DNA of 64,000 bases from Candidatus Latescibacterota bacterium. Lineage in GTDB: Bacteria > Latescibacterota > UBA2968. The notes under the pieces are model-generated. The model was not told where the DNA came from. It saw nothing but the letters and a program-made list of their open reading frames with translations, and ran no database searches. Both the position numbers and the translations under genes were made by a program. The DNA is taken from contig OZ242010.1 of the NCBI GenBank assembly GCA_965204745.1, forward strand, positions 3,520,001 through 3,584,000, given 5' to 3'. Positions 19,508-29,015 of the stretch are shown in pieces. Numbering within the stretch: the first letter of the stretch is position 1; each line of letters begins with the position of its first letter.

Positions 19508-19849
19508 ATGATTTACGACATGCGAACCTACGACCTGAACCCCGGCGCCTTGCAAGCCTACATGGATGCGGTGCGCGAGGTGGCCCTGCCATTGCGCGAA
19601 GAACACGGCATCAAACTCGCCGGCTGGTATTACACCGACATCGGCAAATTGAATCGCGTCATTCACATTTGGGCCTATCGCGATTACACCCACTTTGACC
19701 ATGCGCGACAAGCCGTGCGCCGCGACCCGCGATGGACAGACGAATATCTCCCGCGCGTCAAAGGTCTCATCGTGCGCCAACGGGATCAAATCATGCTCGC
19801 CGCCGACTTCTTTGAATCGCGCATCCCCGCCCTTTCGCAAAACCCGTAA
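19508..19849 (+). CDS. NIPSNAP family protein
   Basis: GGAGG RBS; MIYDMRTY.L.PG, G.LNRVIHIWAY motifs. Confidence 0.88.
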   Translation: MIYDMRTYDLNPGALQAYMDAVREVALPLREEHGIKLAGWYYTDIGKLNRVIHIWAYRDYTHFDHARQAVRRDPRWTDEYLPRVKGLIVRQRDQIMLAADFFESRIPALSQNP

Positions 19850-19853
19850 TGGT

Positions 19854-20063
19854 TCACGCCCCTGGAGGTTGTACTTCTAATTCTGCCAGAATCTGATCGC
19901 GTGTCACCCGACCAGATTCAACGGCCATGATCGCTCTCAAAACATGCAATTCAAACATCATGTCATCGTTGGGAAACTCAGACCTCATTCGATTGCATAG
20001 TTGATCCAGTTGCACATCTGTGAGGCCGATGCGCCGTGCGGCATTGAGATAGTCAAACATCAT
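19854..20063 (-). CDS. Small hypothetical protein (69 aa)
   Basis: AAGGAG RBS; helical sequence FDY..A...EFPNDDMMFELHVLRA. Confidence 0.65.
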   Translation of the reverse strand: MMFDYLNAARRIGLTDVQLDQLCNRMRSEFPNDDMMFELHVLRAIMAVESGRVTRDQILAELEVQPPGA

Positions 20064-20178
20064 AATCGTGCTCCTTGAAAAACTCGGACAGTCGCTCCTT
20101 CAGCATTCTCGCTTTTGCGACCACGCTCATCGTATTCACTGCCGTTCCGCAGTTCAAAGAAGGCATCACAACGAGATC

Positions 20179-20489
20179 GGGACCTACCCCCCTAGCCCCC
20201 CTTCCTGCGAGGAAGGGGGGAACGAGGATCGGTCTTGCGAGGGATTTGCGCGAGAGGTTTTTGGGGTTCATGGCGTGATCCATTCGCCCAAAGCCATCAA
20301 AACAGCCAAGAAAACAAACCTTCAAAAAGCCATGTGCTCCCCCTTTCCTCGCAGGCACAGGCGTAGCCTACAATGAGCGAAGCGAATAACGGGGGCCGGG
20401 GGGATAGGTCCCCTCGCGCCACGCCATCAGAGCAACCAGAGCGAGAAGCCATCAAATGAGCAAGCAACACATTTGCTAACACGACCTAG
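20179..20489. repeat. Composite hairpin repeat ending in a MITE-type end
   Basis: Units shared with 1508-1955; ends AAATGAGCAAGCAACACATTTGCTAACACGACCTAG, the reverse of the 8391/11247 family. Confidence 0.75.
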
Positions 20490-20524
20490 TATAATCAACC
20501 CGACAACCCGAAATAGGAGACCTT

Positions 20525-21082
20525 ATGGGCACGGAACAAATCATCTTTCGAGACACTTTTGACGGCACGCTCGACATCGGTTGGTCGTGGTTGCGCGAGC
20601 GACCCGATGATTGGCGCGTGCAGAATGGCGGTCTGGAAATTTGCGTGCGCCCGGGCGTCAAAGACACCGTGCAAAACGCCTTGCTCAGACCCGCGCCAGA
20701 CCGCAGCGAAGGCGTGCATGCCATCGAAGTCACCATCACCAACCACACCCATCCCACGCAGCAATACGAACAGGCGGGCATTACGTGGTATCACGATGGC
20801 GAACCCGTGTTCAAAGCGGTCAAAGAACTCATCGACGGCGACTTGTACATCATTCCCGGGAAACGAGCCATGCGGACCCAAAGCGTCCGCCTGCGCCTCG
20901 TCGTCACGGTCAGCACTTGGGAAGCGCAGTATCGCGCCGACGGCGAACCCACATTCCAAACCGCGGCCCAAGGCGAACTCCCGCCACCGGGCGACGATCA
21001 AGTCAGCATCCAATGCTACAATGGCCCGGAAGAAGGCGACCACTGGATACGCTTTTCGGACTTTTGCATCAAACGCCTGTGA
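20525..21082 (+). CDS. DUF1349/concanavalin A-like beta-sandwich protein
   Basis: AGGAG RBS; WSWLRE, QYEQAGITWY motifs. Confidence 0.7.
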   Translation: MGTEQIIFRDTFDGTLDIGWSWLRERPDDWRVQNGGLEICVRPGVKDTVQNALLRPAPDRSEGVHAIEVTITNHTHPTQQYEQAGITWYHDGEPVFKAVKELIDGDLYIIPGKRAMRTQSVRLRLVVTVSTWEAQYRADGEPTFQTAAQGELPPPGDDQVSIQCYNGPEEGDHWIRFSDFCIKRL

Positions 21083-21112
21083 GCGCGGAGACGAGCCGTT
21101 CACAGAAAAAAA

Positions 21113-21146
21113 AACAGCCGCCGAGGTTCAGGTCTCGGCGGCTGTT
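21113..21146. terminator. Bidirectional terminator between convergent genes
   Basis: AACAGCCGCCGAG-loop-CTCGGCGGCTGTT stem with an upstream A-run. Confidence 0.75.
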
Positions 21147-21148
21147 CT

Positions 21149-21499
21149 TCAATCGAGGATGTCGTCCACGGCTTCTGCCGGGCGGGCGATCACGGCGCGG
21201 GTTCCGCGGATACACACCGGGCGATTCATCACTTCCGGGTGTTCCAAAAGCAAATTGACGAGTGCATCGGGCGTATTGTAATCGTCGATATCGCGCCCCA
21301 ACTCTTCAAATGAACTGGGATGAATCAAATCCTTGGGTTCGCAGGAAAGAAGCGCGAGAAAGTTTCTCAACATCGCTTCGGTCAACGGCGTTTTCAGGTA
21401 TTCAACCACGTCGAACTCGACGTTGCGGGCGCGCAAAATATCTATCGCGCCATTGGATTTGCTTCAGTTGGGGTTGTGGTAGATCGTCACATTTCCCAT
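21149..21499 (-). CDS. arsC: ArsC/Spx-family arsenate reductase, probable selenoprotein (116 aa, in-frame UGA at codon 12)
   Basis: AAGGAG RBS; reads MGNVTIYHNPN-TGA-SKSNGAIDILRARNVEFDVVEYLKTP..HPEVMNRP..ARP. TGA (21464-21466) sits at the catalytic Cys of HNPxCSKS. Confidence 0.85.
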
Positions 21500-21522
21500 G
21501 CTCAATCTCCTTTGTGAGGGGG

Positions 21523-22266
21523 TCAAATTCGCCAGCGTTTCCACAAGTCGTCGGGAATTTCGTCCCGAAACACGTCTTGGTCTTTGTGGGGCAGACGGGC
21601 GAAAAGGCCATAGCGGATGTGGTTGCTAATATTGTGCGAGGTTTCGTGCAGGATGTTGCAGTGCCAGAAAATGACGTCGCCTGCTTTGGCGGGCACTTCA
21701 ACGGGTTGAATATCTTCGATCATGGCGAGATATTCGGGGTGTTGCTTAAAGCTGCGGTCGAGGTGATCGGGGTGTTTGCGGAGAAATTTCCACGATGCGA
21801 GGTGGTTGCCCGGCCAAAAGACCGTGCCACCGCCGCGCGCTTCTACGTCGTAAAGATAGGTCGCCAAGCCGAGGAGAAATGGCATGGTTCGCCGCTTGCC
21901 GAGGTACCCGTCAATATGCCCTCGGTCAGGCAAGCGCCATTCGCGGTGCGGTTCGGGCCAAAGCAAGCGCAGGTTGCCGTCTTCGCCACAAAATTGCCCA
22001 CCGCCCACTTGATCGACAATGGCTTTGACTTTGAGCTGTTGGACGAGTTGCGTTTCTCTCGGCGAAAAGCGAAAGCCTCTGAGGATGGCGATGTCTGCGC
22101 GGTGTTGTGGTCGCGATCCAACGGCTTTTTGTGCATCGGACAGGTCGCCGAATTTGGCGCGAATTTGGGCACGCCAGTTGTGCAATACGGATGGCGCGAT
22201 CAGATTGCGGACGACGACATAGCCCGCTGTTTTGAACTCGGCGATCTGTGGGGCTGTGAGGGCCAT
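21523..22266 (-). CDS. Phytanoyl-CoA dioxygenase (PhyH) family protein
   Basis: F...GYVVVRNL, HID triad, WPGNH, AGDVIFWH..LH motifs. Confidence 0.85.
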   Translation of the reverse strand: MALTAPQIAEFKTAGYVVVRNLIAPSVLHNWRAQIRAKFGDLSDAQKAVGSRPQHRADIAILRGFRFSPRETQLVQQLKVKAIVDQVGGGQFCGEDGNLRLLWPEPHREWRLPDRGHIDGYLGKRRTMPFLLGLATYLYDVEARGGGTVFWPGNHLASWKFLRKHPDHLDRSFKQHPEYLAMIEDIQPVEVPAKAGDVIFWHCNILHETSHNISNHIRYGLFARLPHKDQDVFRDEIPDDLWKRWRI

Positions 22267-22282
22267 AGCACCTCCTGAAAAA

Positions 22283-23641
22283 TTAACCGCGTTCTTTGAG
22301 GTCGTAAATCGCGATCATATAGGGGTGGTCATGGGAGAGATGGGTGAGGGTCTCGGGATTTTCGACGCGCCCGGCGGGGCGGATGTTTTCGCCTGTGACG
22401 CCCGCGGCTTCGTCGCCGATGTCCTTGCGACAAGCGTCAATTTTCGCCATGAGGTCCCGCACGATGTCCGGGTGTTGGTCGCTGATGTCGCGGGTTTCCC
22501 CGATGTCCGCTTCGAGGTCGTAGAGTGCCCGGATTTCCAGATCGTCTTTGCGGATGTGGAGTTTCCATCTGCCGCTGCGCACGGCTTCGATGCTGTTGCG
22601 TTTGTAATAAAAAAAGGCTTCGTGTTGCGATTTCGCGCCGGCTTCCGCGACCATGAGCGCGCGAATGTCGTTGCCGTCGATGATGCGATCCGCGGGCACA
22701 TCTGCGCCAGCGAGGGCCGCGAGCGTGGGATAGAAGTCCAGAGACAACGCGAGTTCCCCACACACTTCGCCCGCGGGGATTTTGCCGGGCCAGCGCATGA
22801 GGCACGGGACGCGCTGACCCCCTTCCCAAGTCGTGCCTTTGGTGGCGCGCAACGGGCTGTTGCTACCGCCTTCGTCTCGGGCGCGCGAACCGTTATCGCT
22901 GGTAAAAATGACGAGGGTATCGTCGTCGAGCCCCAGCGCTTTGAGTTCGTGAAAAATGACCGCGGCTGCCCAGTCGATGCAGGCCACCGCCGCGCCGTAC
23001 ACCCCGTTTTCGGATTCGCGGACAAACGCCTCGGGGGGATAATGCGGCAGGTGGACGTGCATGTGCGCGAGGTACAAAAAGAAGGGTTGGTCCTCGTTGT
23101 CGCGCATGAACCGCACGCATTCTTCCACGTAGCGTTCGGTGATCCCGCGCTGGTCGGGTTGCGCCTGAATGACATCTTCATCTCGCAACAAGGGCAACGG
23201 TGGGTATTTATCGCCTTCTTTTTGCCGGCCCATGTCATTGCTGTACGGAATGCCGTAATAGCTGTCGAATCCGTGGCGCGTGGGCAGAAATGCTCGTTGA
23301 TCGCCGCAGTGCCATTTGCCGACAATTTTGGTGGCGTATCCCTGGGTTTTGAGGAGTTTGGCGATGGTGATTTCCCTGGGATTGAGTCCGATGCCCTGAC
23401 CGGGAAAGAGCACCCAGCGCCCATCGAACGCGCCAAAGCCAATGCGCGAGGGATAGCAACCGGTGAGCATGGCCCCGCGCGAAGGCGAACACACCGGAGA
23501 CGCCATGTAAAAGTCGGTGAATCTCATGCCTTCTTCGGCCATTTTGTCGAGTGCCGGCGTTTTGTTGATGCGCGACCCATAACAGCCGAGGTCCCCATAG
23601 CCGAGGTCGTCGCAGTTGATCAAAATGATATTGGGTTGCAT
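22283..23641 (-). CDS. Arylsulfatase (formylglycine-dependent)
   Basis: PNIILINCDDLGYGD, CSPSRGAMLTG, GKWH, FTSDNG, KGTTWEGG motifs. Confidence 0.93.
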   Translation of the reverse strand: MQPNIILINCDDLGYGDLGCYGSRINKTPALDKMAEEGMRFTDFYMASPVCSPSRGAMLTGCYPSRIGFGAFDGRWVLFPGQGIGLNPREITIAKLLKTQGYATKIVGKWHCGDQRAFLPTRHGFDSYYGIPYSNDMGRQKEGDKYPPLPLLRDEDVIQAQPDQRGITERYVEECVRFMRDNEDQPFFLYLAHMHVHLPHYPPEAFVRESENGVYGAAVACIDWAAAVIFHELKALGLDDDTLVIFTSDNGSRARDEGGSNSPLRATKGTTWEGGQRVPCLMRWPGKIPAGEVCGELALSLDFYPTLAALAGADVPADRIIDGNDIRALMVAEAGAKSQHEAFFYYKRNSIEAVRSGRWKLHIRKDDLEIRALYDLEADIGETRDISDQHPDIVRDLMAKIDACRKDIGDEAAGVTGENIRPAGRVENPETLTHLSHDHPYMIAIYDLKERG

Positions 23642-23840
23642 GTGTATGTCCTTTCGCGATATTGTCCGCAATGGGCTTTCGAGATTTTGCCATCTACTAT
23701 ACTTTCTTCTGGCAATGGATGCAAGTTTCAGCTAACTTGTGCTTTTTGCCCCTTTCTTCAAATAAGTGGCAAACCCTGATAACAAAGGGACAACCCCCGC
23801 GTCTGTCCCGATAATTCAATGATGCGGTTGGAGAATTACA

Positions 23841-24440
23841 ATGGATAACTATCGCGAATGGACCTTCCCAGCCAACGCCGCAAAGGACGCGGTAATCGTC
23901 ATCGACGATGATCGTGCGAACATACTCGCCGACCCACTTCGTCAGCATATCCTCGAAATCCTCGGAACCGGGAAGTCCGTTGCGGAAATTTCGCAGACCT
24001 TGGACATTACCGATGCGCGGGTGCTGTACCATTTGAGACAGCTAGCGCAAACGGGTGTCGTACATTTGGAGACGGATAAAATCGCCCCCCGCGAATGGCG
24101 TTGTTTGCCAGCGGCGGGTAAAATTCGCGTTCGGGAAGTCATTTCGGCGAAGAACCCAATTGCCGAAGCCATACCAACTCATGTTGTCAGCCAATTCAAT
24201 CAAGCATTCCGCGAGGCTACCGAGGGCTTATACGGCTCGACATTCCAACTGTCAGTCAATCACAACCGCGCCCGACTATCTGAAGAACAGGCAACCGAGT
24301 TTGGGCGTAGGTTATTGGCACTTCTAAACGAGTACTTCCCACCGGGGCGAGGCGATCCCGCGGGCATCAAATACGGTTTCTACGGGATTCTCACCCCGAT
24401 TGATCTACATCCTCTCGATGACTCCAAAGCCGAAGCGTGA
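23841..24440 (+). CDS. ArsR-like winged-helix transcriptional regulator
   Basis: LADPLRQHILEIL..SVAEISQTL..VLYHLRQL...GVV motif. Confidence 0.75.
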   Translation: MDNYREWTFPANAAKDAVIVIDDDRANILADPLRQHILEILGTGKSVAEISQTLDITDARVLYHLRQLAQTGVVHLETDKIAPREWRCLPAAGKIRVREVISAKNPIAEAIPTHVVSQFNQAFREATEGLYGSTFQLSVNHNRARLSEEQATEFGRRLLALLNEYFPPGRGDPAGIKYGFYGILTPIDLHPLDDSKAEA

Positions 24441-24517
24441 GCCTCGTTATGCCAATTTGAATTGCTACCGCACGAGTGGTCGTAACCGTATATACCTACT
24501 TTTTTGGGGAGACAACG

Positions 24518-24736
24518 ATGCAAATATCTCATGATCGCGAGGTGGATGCTTTATACATTTGTTTTAAGGAAACAACTGTTACAACAAAGCACCTTCAGGA
24601 CGGGATCGCGCTCGATTACGATGGGGCAGATCGCCTCGCTGGCATCGAAATTCTCGACGTCAGGAAGCGATTGGACGATCCAGAGGCGTTTAAGCAGGTC
24701 ATCGAAGACAGAGCACTTGGTGAAATCAGTATTTAG
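24518..24736 (+). CDS. DUF2283 family protein
   Basis: MQISHDREVDALYI..IALDYD..LAGIEILD pattern; GGAG RBS. Confidence 0.8.
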   Translation: MQISHDREVDALYICFKETTVTTKHLQDGIALDYDGADRLAGIEILDVRKRLDDPEAFKQVIEDRALGEISI

Positions 24737-24778
24737 CTAACGGGTTCAATGTGCGCGGTTGCGTCAAAGGAGGCGTAA

Positions 24779-25450
24779 ATGGCTGTTAAACCGAAGGCAT
24801 TGAAATTCATCGCCACGTTAGAAAAAGGCGAGGTGTCGGCTTTGTACGCGCGACCACATGGCGCGAAGGCTGTGTTGGTCTTGGGACATGGGTCGGGCAC
24901 GAATATGCGCCATCAATTCATGCAGGACTTGAGCGATGCGTTGAACGACGTGGGCATTGCGACCTTTCGCTTCAACTATCCCTATTCCGAAAAAGGCGGC
25001 GGTGGCATGGATGGCGAAAAGGTGCGGTTGGCAACCGTGCGCGTGGCTATCGAAACCGCGATGAAACAGGCGCGCGGCTTGCCGGTCTTTGCAGGTGGGC
25101 ATTCGATGAGCGGCAGGATGATCTCTATGGCCTCTGCTGAAGACCCTATAGACGGGCTGAAGGGCATTGTGTTTTTCGCGTTTCCGCTGTACGCGAGCAA
25201 GCCAGACACCGCACGCGCCGAGCATTTGAAGGAGGTCGCCGCGCCCATGCTGTTTTTGTCCGGACAGCGCGACAGGATGGCGGACTTAAACCTGCTGTCG
25301 CCCGTGGTGAAAAACCTCAAACGCGCCACCCTCCATGTGGTGGACACCGCGGACCACGGGTTCAAGGTGCTGAAACGGCGAAACACCGATGAACCCGTGA
25401 TGGAAGAATTGGCCCGGGTCGCGGCCGCGTGGATGGCGAACCCAAAATAA
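24779..25450 (+). CDS. Alpha/beta hydrolase (dienelactone hydrolase-like)
   Basis: AGGAGG RBS; LGHGSG, RFNYPY, GGHSMSGR nucleophile elbow, G.RD, ADHGF. Confidence 0.85.
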   Translation: MAVKPKALKFIATLEKGEVSALYARPHGAKAVLVLGHGSGTNMRHQFMQDLSDALNDVGIATFRFNYPYSEKGGGGMDGEKVRLATVRVAIETAMKQARGLPVFAGGHSMSGRMISMASAEDPIDGLKGIVFFAFPLYASKPDTARAEHLKEVAAPMLFLSGQRDRMADLNLLSPVVKNLKRATLHVVDTADHGFKVLKRRNTDEPVMEELARVAAAWMANPK

Positions 25451-25632
25451 CGGTCAGCCCTCGCCCATCCCCACTGCTGACCGCTTGGGGCCGAGGGAAT
25501 GGGAAAGGACTTTGACCTTTGCCTCTCGGTTCACTATGCCATATCTTTCGTCAATGTGCCCGCCCGATGACGGGGTTGCGAAAAGCGTGAGCGGACGGGT
25601 TAATCCGCGATCCAGACAAAGGAGAGATACCC

Positions 25633-26556
25633 ATGATATTTCCCACATTGACAGAGGCGCGACGCCTCGACAGATTGACGCCGCCATCTGGCAAGGTGCG
25701 GGTGGTGCTCGATACGGATGCGTACAACGAAGTGGATGATCAATTCGCGATTGCACACGCGCTCTTATCGCCCGATCAAATCGAGATCGAGGCCCTGTAC
25801 GCCGCGCCTTTTCACAACCGCCGCTCCAATGGGCCAAGAGATGGCATGGAGCGGAGCTATGAGGAAATCATCCGATTGCTCGACCGCTTGCAACTTCCCA
25901 ACGACAATCTGGTATTTCGCGGCTCGACGGGCTATCTCGAAACACCGCACACGCCGCAAGACAGCGACGCGGTGCGCGACCTCATCGCCAGAGCACTGTC
26001 ATCGCCCGATCCGCTCTACGTCGCGGCTATCGGCGCGATAACCAACGTGGCATCCGCCATCCTCCTCGAACCCGAAATCATCAAACGCATCGTCGTCGTC
26101 TGGCTTGGCGGCCACGAACACCACTGGGCGAACACCCGAGAATTTAACCTGCAACAAGACGTGTTCGCCGCGCGCATCATTTTCGACAGCGGCGTGCCCT
26201 TTGTCCAAATTCCCTGTCGCAATGTCGCGTCTCACCTCCTCACCACAATGCCCGAACTCGAAACCCATGTGGCGGGCAAAAGTGCCATCGGCGATTTTCT
26301 CACGGAAACCGTTCGGGGCTACCACGAAGATCACTATGCATGGGCAAAAGAGATTTGGGACATTTCGGCAACCGCGTACCTCGTCAATCCAACCTGGGTC
26401 ACGACCCGCGTGGTACACAGCCCCATCCTCACGGATCAACTGACGTGGAGCCACGACCCCAGCCGGCTTATGATGCGCGTTGCCGTCCAACTCAACCGCA
26501 ACGCCATTTTCGCAGATCTGTTCAAAAAACTGGAAACAGCCGGCGAGATGGCGTAA
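25633..26556 (+). CDS. Inosine/uridine-preferring nucleoside hydrolase family protein
   Basis: LDTDAYNEVDDQFA, IGAITNVA, WLGG, EFNL.QD, IWD motifs. Confidence 0.85.
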   Translation: MIFPTLTEARRLDRLTPPSGKVRVVLDTDAYNEVDDQFAIAHALLSPDQIEIEALYAAPFHNRRSNGPRDGMERSYEEIIRLLDRLQLPNDNLVFRGSTGYLETPHTPQDSDAVRDLIARALSSPDPLYVAAIGAITNVASAILLEPEIIKRIVVVWLGGHEHHWANTREFNLQQDVFAARIIFDSGVPFVQIPCRNVASHLLTTMPELETHVAGKSAIGDFLTETVRGYHEDHYAWAKEIWDISATAYLVNPTWVTTRVVHSPILTDQLTWSHDPSRLMMRVAVQLNRNAIFADLFKKLETAGEMA

Positions 26557-26657
26557 ACGAATCGATGGAACGGGCTATCGCTCAGGCTCATTCATCTGCG
26601 AAGTGCGTCGGGTTTTGGGGTTGTGCGGGGACTGACTACTGACTACTGACTACTGAC

Positions 26658-27068
26658 TAGGTTGTGTTGACATTTCATTTTTTTCACGTTACGCACAGAG
26701 TAGCAAATCTGTTGCTTCTTGCTCATTTAAGGCGTTTGGTCCTTTGATGGCTTATAGCTATGGGACCTATCCCCCGGCCCCTTTCCTACGAGGAAAGGGG
26801 AGTAAAGCACCTTTGATGGCTTCTAGCTCTAGTTGCTCTGATGGAGTTGCGTGAGGGCATAAAGCGATTAAAAATCCCTTATCAATCCCCTCGCAAAACC
26901 GCTCACAGTTCCCCCCTTCCTCACAGGAAGGGGGGTTAGGGGGGTAGGTCCCGATAAGGCGCGACTGTCCGAATTTCTCAAACCGAGAGAATATTCTGCG
27001 AAAGGGCTTGATTTTCTCGATAAACCGCTCAAGCCAGTTGCTTTGCTCCTAAATGTCAACAGAACCTA
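26658..27068. mobile_element. MITE with 16-bp imperfect TIRs and TA flanks, inserted in a heptamer array
   Basis: TA-GGTTGTGTTGACATTT ... AAATGTCAACAGAACC-TA; flanked by (GACTACT)n and (TGACCAC)n. Confidence 0.75.
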
Positions 27069-27093
27069 CTGACCACTGACCACTGATCCCCAA

Positions 27094-27906
27094 ATGAAAA
27101 AACCACAACCACACGCACAGGGCCGCGTCGCGTCTCTGTTTCTCAAATTGGAAAAGGCATCGCCCTTGTCCAAGCCGCTCGACGAAACCCTCACCTTGCG
27201 CGCTCGGTTTGGCATTGAAGGCGACGTAAATGCAGGCCGCGTCGGCCCTCGGCAGGTGCTTTTGACCTCGCTGGAGACCCTGCACAAATTCACATTGCAA
27301 CCCGGCGATCTGCGCGAGAATATCGTCGTTGCTGGGTTGCCATTGGACGACCTGCCATCCGGTTCGGTCCTGCAACTCGGGGCGTCCGCTGCGGTGCGGC
27401 TGACCTATCACTGCGAAGTCTGCAAATACATCGGCACACTGGGGATAGAACCGATTGCATCATTGGAAAATCAGCGCGGGTTTTTGGCTGTGGTATTGAT
27501 CGGCGGCGCGGTTCGCACAGGCGACCTGGTCGAGCTTCTGCCCGTGCGTTTCGATCCCGTGCCCGACCGCCCGTTTGATCGGTTTTTGTGGGTGGTAAAA
27601 CAGATTCCCTTTGGCAAGGTGATCACGTATAAGCAGATTTTAGACGTTTTGGGGGTGGGGCGTTCGTATTACCGCGTGTTGCCGACCTACATGAAACGCG
27701 CACGGGGCTATCCCCTGCATCGCATTCTGGACTCGAGGGGCTGTCTGATTTCGCATGTGAATGGTCAGCGGGCATTGCTCGAGCGCGAAGGCGTGGAGAT
27801 CGCGGCCCATGAGCGGTCGGTCAGCAACGCCTGGGTCGATGTATCCGCGTTTGGGTGGGATGTCCGTCATATTTATTACCGTGCGGGTGATGGCGATCCC
27901 GCTTGA
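27094..27906 (+). CDS. MOSC domain fused to an MGMT/ATL-like DNA-binding domain
   Basis: GIEGD, RQVLL, PGDLRENI, CEVC, RGFLA.V..GG.VR.GD (MOSC); QIPFGKVITY, PLHRI, QRALLEREGV (ATL-like). Confidence 0.75.
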   Translation: MKKPQPHAQGRVASLFLKLEKASPLSKPLDETLTLRARFGIEGDVNAGRVGPRQVLLTSLETLHKFTLQPGDLRENIVVAGLPLDDLPSGSVLQLGASAAVRLTYHCEVCKYIGTLGIEPIASLENQRGFLAVVLIGGAVRTGDLVELLPVRFDPVPDRPFDRFLWVVKQIPFGKVITYKQILDVLGVGRSYYRVLPTYMKRARGYPLHRILDSRGCLISHVNGQRALLEREGVEIAAHERSVSNAWVDVSAFGWDVRHIYYRAGDGDPA

Positions 27907-27930
27907 CATCGCCCTGTATTTTTGTATCCT
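27903..27930 (+). promoter_or_regulatory. Candidate sigma70 promoter
   Basis: TTGACA-16 nt-TATCCT upstream of 27973. Confidence 0.4.
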
Positions 27931-27972
27931 ATCCCCGCGATAACGTGTTCACCATCCGAGAAAGGAAAGGAA

Positions 27973-28719
27973 ATGGCAAACGAGAAGCACACGCCGGTGG
28001 GGTATGACGACACGCCGATGCTGCCCGATCAACCGTGGCGCGTTCACGACAAAAATCGCCCTGCACCCCGCGTGGTCACGCCAGGGGCCAGCGCGGGAGA
28101 CGCGCCCGCTGATGCCGTGCGCCTGTTCGACGGCACGGACTTGTCCCTGTGGCAGAGCCGAGATGGGGGCGCGCCCACATGGACGGTGGAAAATGGGTAC
28201 GTGGAAGTGAATCCCCGAACCGGGAATATCCAGACCAAAGATGAATTTGGCAGCGTGCAGTTGCACTTGGAATTTGCTTGCCCGGCAGAAGTGCGCGGCA
28301 GCAGTCAGGGCCGCGGCAACAGCGGCGTGTTTTTGATGGGCAAGTACGAAGTGCAGGTGCTGGACGGCTACGACAATCCGACGTACGCCGATGGCACGAC
28401 AGGCGCGATTTACGGCCAGTTTCCGCCGCTGGTGAATGCGACCCGACCGCCGGGCGAGTGGCAGATTTACGACATCGTTTTTGAAGCCCCGCAATACAAT
28501 GGCGATGCGTTGGCATCCCCCGCGTACTTGACGGTGTTTTTGAACGGCGTTGTGTTGCACAATCGCAAAGCCGCGCTGGGCCCAACAGGGCATCGGAATA
28601 CCTCGTCCTACGACGCGACCCAAGGGACGACCGGTCCGCTGATGTTGCAAGACCACGGCGACCCCGTGCGCTATCGCAACATCTGGATCCGTCCGTTTGG
28701 GGGCTATGACGAGGGATAG
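27973..28719 (+). CDS. DUF1080 (3-keto-disaccharide hydrolase-like) protein
   Basis: LFDGTDL, QLHLEF, GNSGVF, YEVQVLD, GAIYGQ, LQDHGDPVRYRNIW motifs. Confidence 0.88.
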   Translation: MANEKHTPVGYDDTPMLPDQPWRVHDKNRPAPRVVTPGASAGDAPADAVRLFDGTDLSLWQSRDGGAPTWTVENGYVEVNPRTGNIQTKDEFGSVQLHLEFACPAEVRGSSQGRGNSGVFLMGKYEVQVLDGYDNPTYADGTTGAIYGQFPPLVNATRPPGEWQIYDIVFEAPQYNGDALASPAYLTVFLNGVVLHNRKAALGPTGHRNTSSYDATQGTTGPLMLQDHGDPVRYRNIWIRPFGGYDEG

Positions 28720-28747
28720 GGCAAGCGCGAAAAAAGAGAGGAACCCC

Positions 28748-28978
28748 ATGCCGATTCCCATTATCGACCCGTCACGAGCCACCACCAACGAAAGACTGGC
28801 AAGGCTTGAAGCGATTGTAGAACAACACACCCAAAGCCTCGATAGGATTGAAAGGCGCGTTGCAAATATTGAAGACAACATGCAAAAGTCCTTTCGTTGG
28901 CTTGTCGGCATCTTCTTTACGATTCTGTTGACGATCTTGGGCGCGACAGTGACCATTTTGTTGAATTTGCCCAAGTAA
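28748..28978 (+). CDS. Small coiled-coil plus TM protein (XhlA/DUF1640-like), copy 1
   Basis: GAGG RBS; ERLARLE coiled coil; FRWLVGI TM tail. Confidence 0.7.
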   Translation: MPIPIIDPSRATTNERLARLEAIVEQHTQSLDRIERRVANIEDNMQKSFRWLVGIFFTILLTILGATVTILLNLPK

Positions 28979-29015
28979 CTCCCAAATGCAAGAAAACAAA
29001 AAAGCGAGGAATCCC

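Noticed and set aside
21464-21466. Nonsense mutation making arsC a pseudogene
   Set aside because: UGA falls exactly on the catalytic Cys with a downstream hairpin and an otherwise intact frame; selenocysteine is more parsimonious, though unproven.
25555-25632. Riboswitch upstream of the nucleoside hydrolase
   Set aside because: No recognisable aptamer consensus; part of it (TTAATCCGCGATCCAGACA) belongs to a dispersed repeat family.
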